Virus record (IMG/VR): IMGVR_UViG_3300025381_000002
Length of the DNA stretch: 59,707 nucleotides
Direction: 5' to 3' (one strand)
Source of the DNA: a virus
A program made the position numbers and the translations under genes. The notes beneath the pieces are model-generated. The model had not been told where the DNA came from, made no database searches, and was given only the letters and a program-made list of their open reading frames with translations. Positions 59,079-59,707 of the stretch are shown here, one piece after another (position 1 is the stretch's first letter; each line of letters begins with the position of its first letter).

Positions 59079-59707
59079 TGTTTGGTATCTCCGCTTTTGT
59101 TCAAGCTCCATTTGCATCTTTAGGCGGAGATACCTATTCTGTTGTAGTTAATGAATCAACAACCGTTTCCGATACAAACATATCAATAGCATCGTTCTTA
59201 GGTTCTTTATCCGAATCAACAACCTTAACTGATACAAACATATCAATAGCATCTTTTATTGGTATTCGATCCGAATCAACAACCGTTTCCGATACAGAGT
59301 CCGCAACTCAAAATTTCCCAGTAATAGAAAATACAAGTGCGACGTCTATTACTGATACTAATAGCGCTTCTGCATCTTTTATTGGTATTCGATCCGAATC
59401 AACAACCGTTTCCGATACAAACATATCAATAGCATCGTTCTTAGGTTCTTTATCTGAATCAACAGCTATATCTGATACCAATAACGTATCTGCATCGTTC
59501 TTAGGTTCTTTATCCGAATCAACAACCGTTTCCGATACAGAGTCCGCAACTCAAAATTTCCCAGTAATAGAAAATACAAGTGCGACGTCTATTACTGATA
59601 CTAATAGCGCTTCTGCATCTTTTATTGGTATTCGATCCGAATCAACAACCGTTTCCGATACAAACATATCAATAGCATCGTTCTTAGGTTCTTTATCTGA
59701 ATCAACA
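59078..59707 (+). CDS. Ser/Thr-rich repeat fibre-like protein, 5' part (continues at nt 2 after the 316-nt overlap is collapsed)
   Basis: The ATG at 59078 opens MFGISAFVQAPFASLGGDTYSVVVNESTTVSDTNISIASF..., and the frame stays open to the window end. Confidence 0.7.
   Translation, partial: MFGISAFVQAPFASLGGDTYSVVVNESTTVSDTNISIASFLGSLSESTTLTDTNISIASFIGIRSESTTVSDTESATQNFPVIENTSATSITDTNSASASFIGIRSESTTVSDTNISIASFLGSLSESTAISDTNNVSASFLGSLSESTTVSDTESATQNFPVIENTSATSITDTNSASASFIGIRSESTTVSDTNISIASFLGSLSEST
59153..59707 (+). repeat. Proximal part of the 60/123-nt in-frame tandem array
   Basis: Unit order is A D C A B C A, then the start of the next unit. Confidence 0.9.
59392..59707. repeat. Terminal redundancy partner of nt 1-316
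   Basis: An exact 316-nt match to the window start. Confidence 0.9.

Overview
The window appears to be one complete tailed-phage genome, written from an arbitrary start point. Nt 1-316 are identical to nt 59392-59707, so the unique length is 59,391 bp, and one gene crosses the junction. It has two large transcription units. A minus-strand early/replication unit (37969 down to 19256) encodes a prim-pol/SF3 helicase, SSB-like protein, SNF2 helicase, Cas4-like nuclease, family-A DNA polymerase, VRR-NUC, ThyX-like protein and many small accessory ORFs. A plus-strand late unit (39600 through the window end and on to 19172) encodes the terminase, lysis genes, portal, scaffold, capsid, fibres and a long block of internal/ejection proteins, including a 1895-aa giant. 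The units diverge from a 1.6-kb non-coding hub (38.0-39.6 kb) and converge on a hairpin terminator at 19.2 kb. I found no tape-measure or sheath (podovirus-like), integrase, repressor, RNA polymerase, tRNA, CRISPR array or reverse transcriptase. The most unusual features:
- An intein splits motif B of the DNA polymerase. Its endonuclease slot holds a complete HNH-type gene in a different reading frame, giving dual coding over 576 nt.
- A LAGLIDADG intein with class-3 (Trp/Cys/Thr, no N-terminal nucleophile) signatures sits in the terminase P-loop.
- A promoter/terminator-bounded free-standing endonuclease-like gene lies beside the capsid gene.
- The non-coding hub holds at least six different repeat families.
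- A tandem family of early genes has a conserved 3' end that doubles as the ribosome-binding site and start codon of the next gene.
- Fibre genes are built from in-frame tandem repeats.
All family names are motif recognition by eye; no searches were run.
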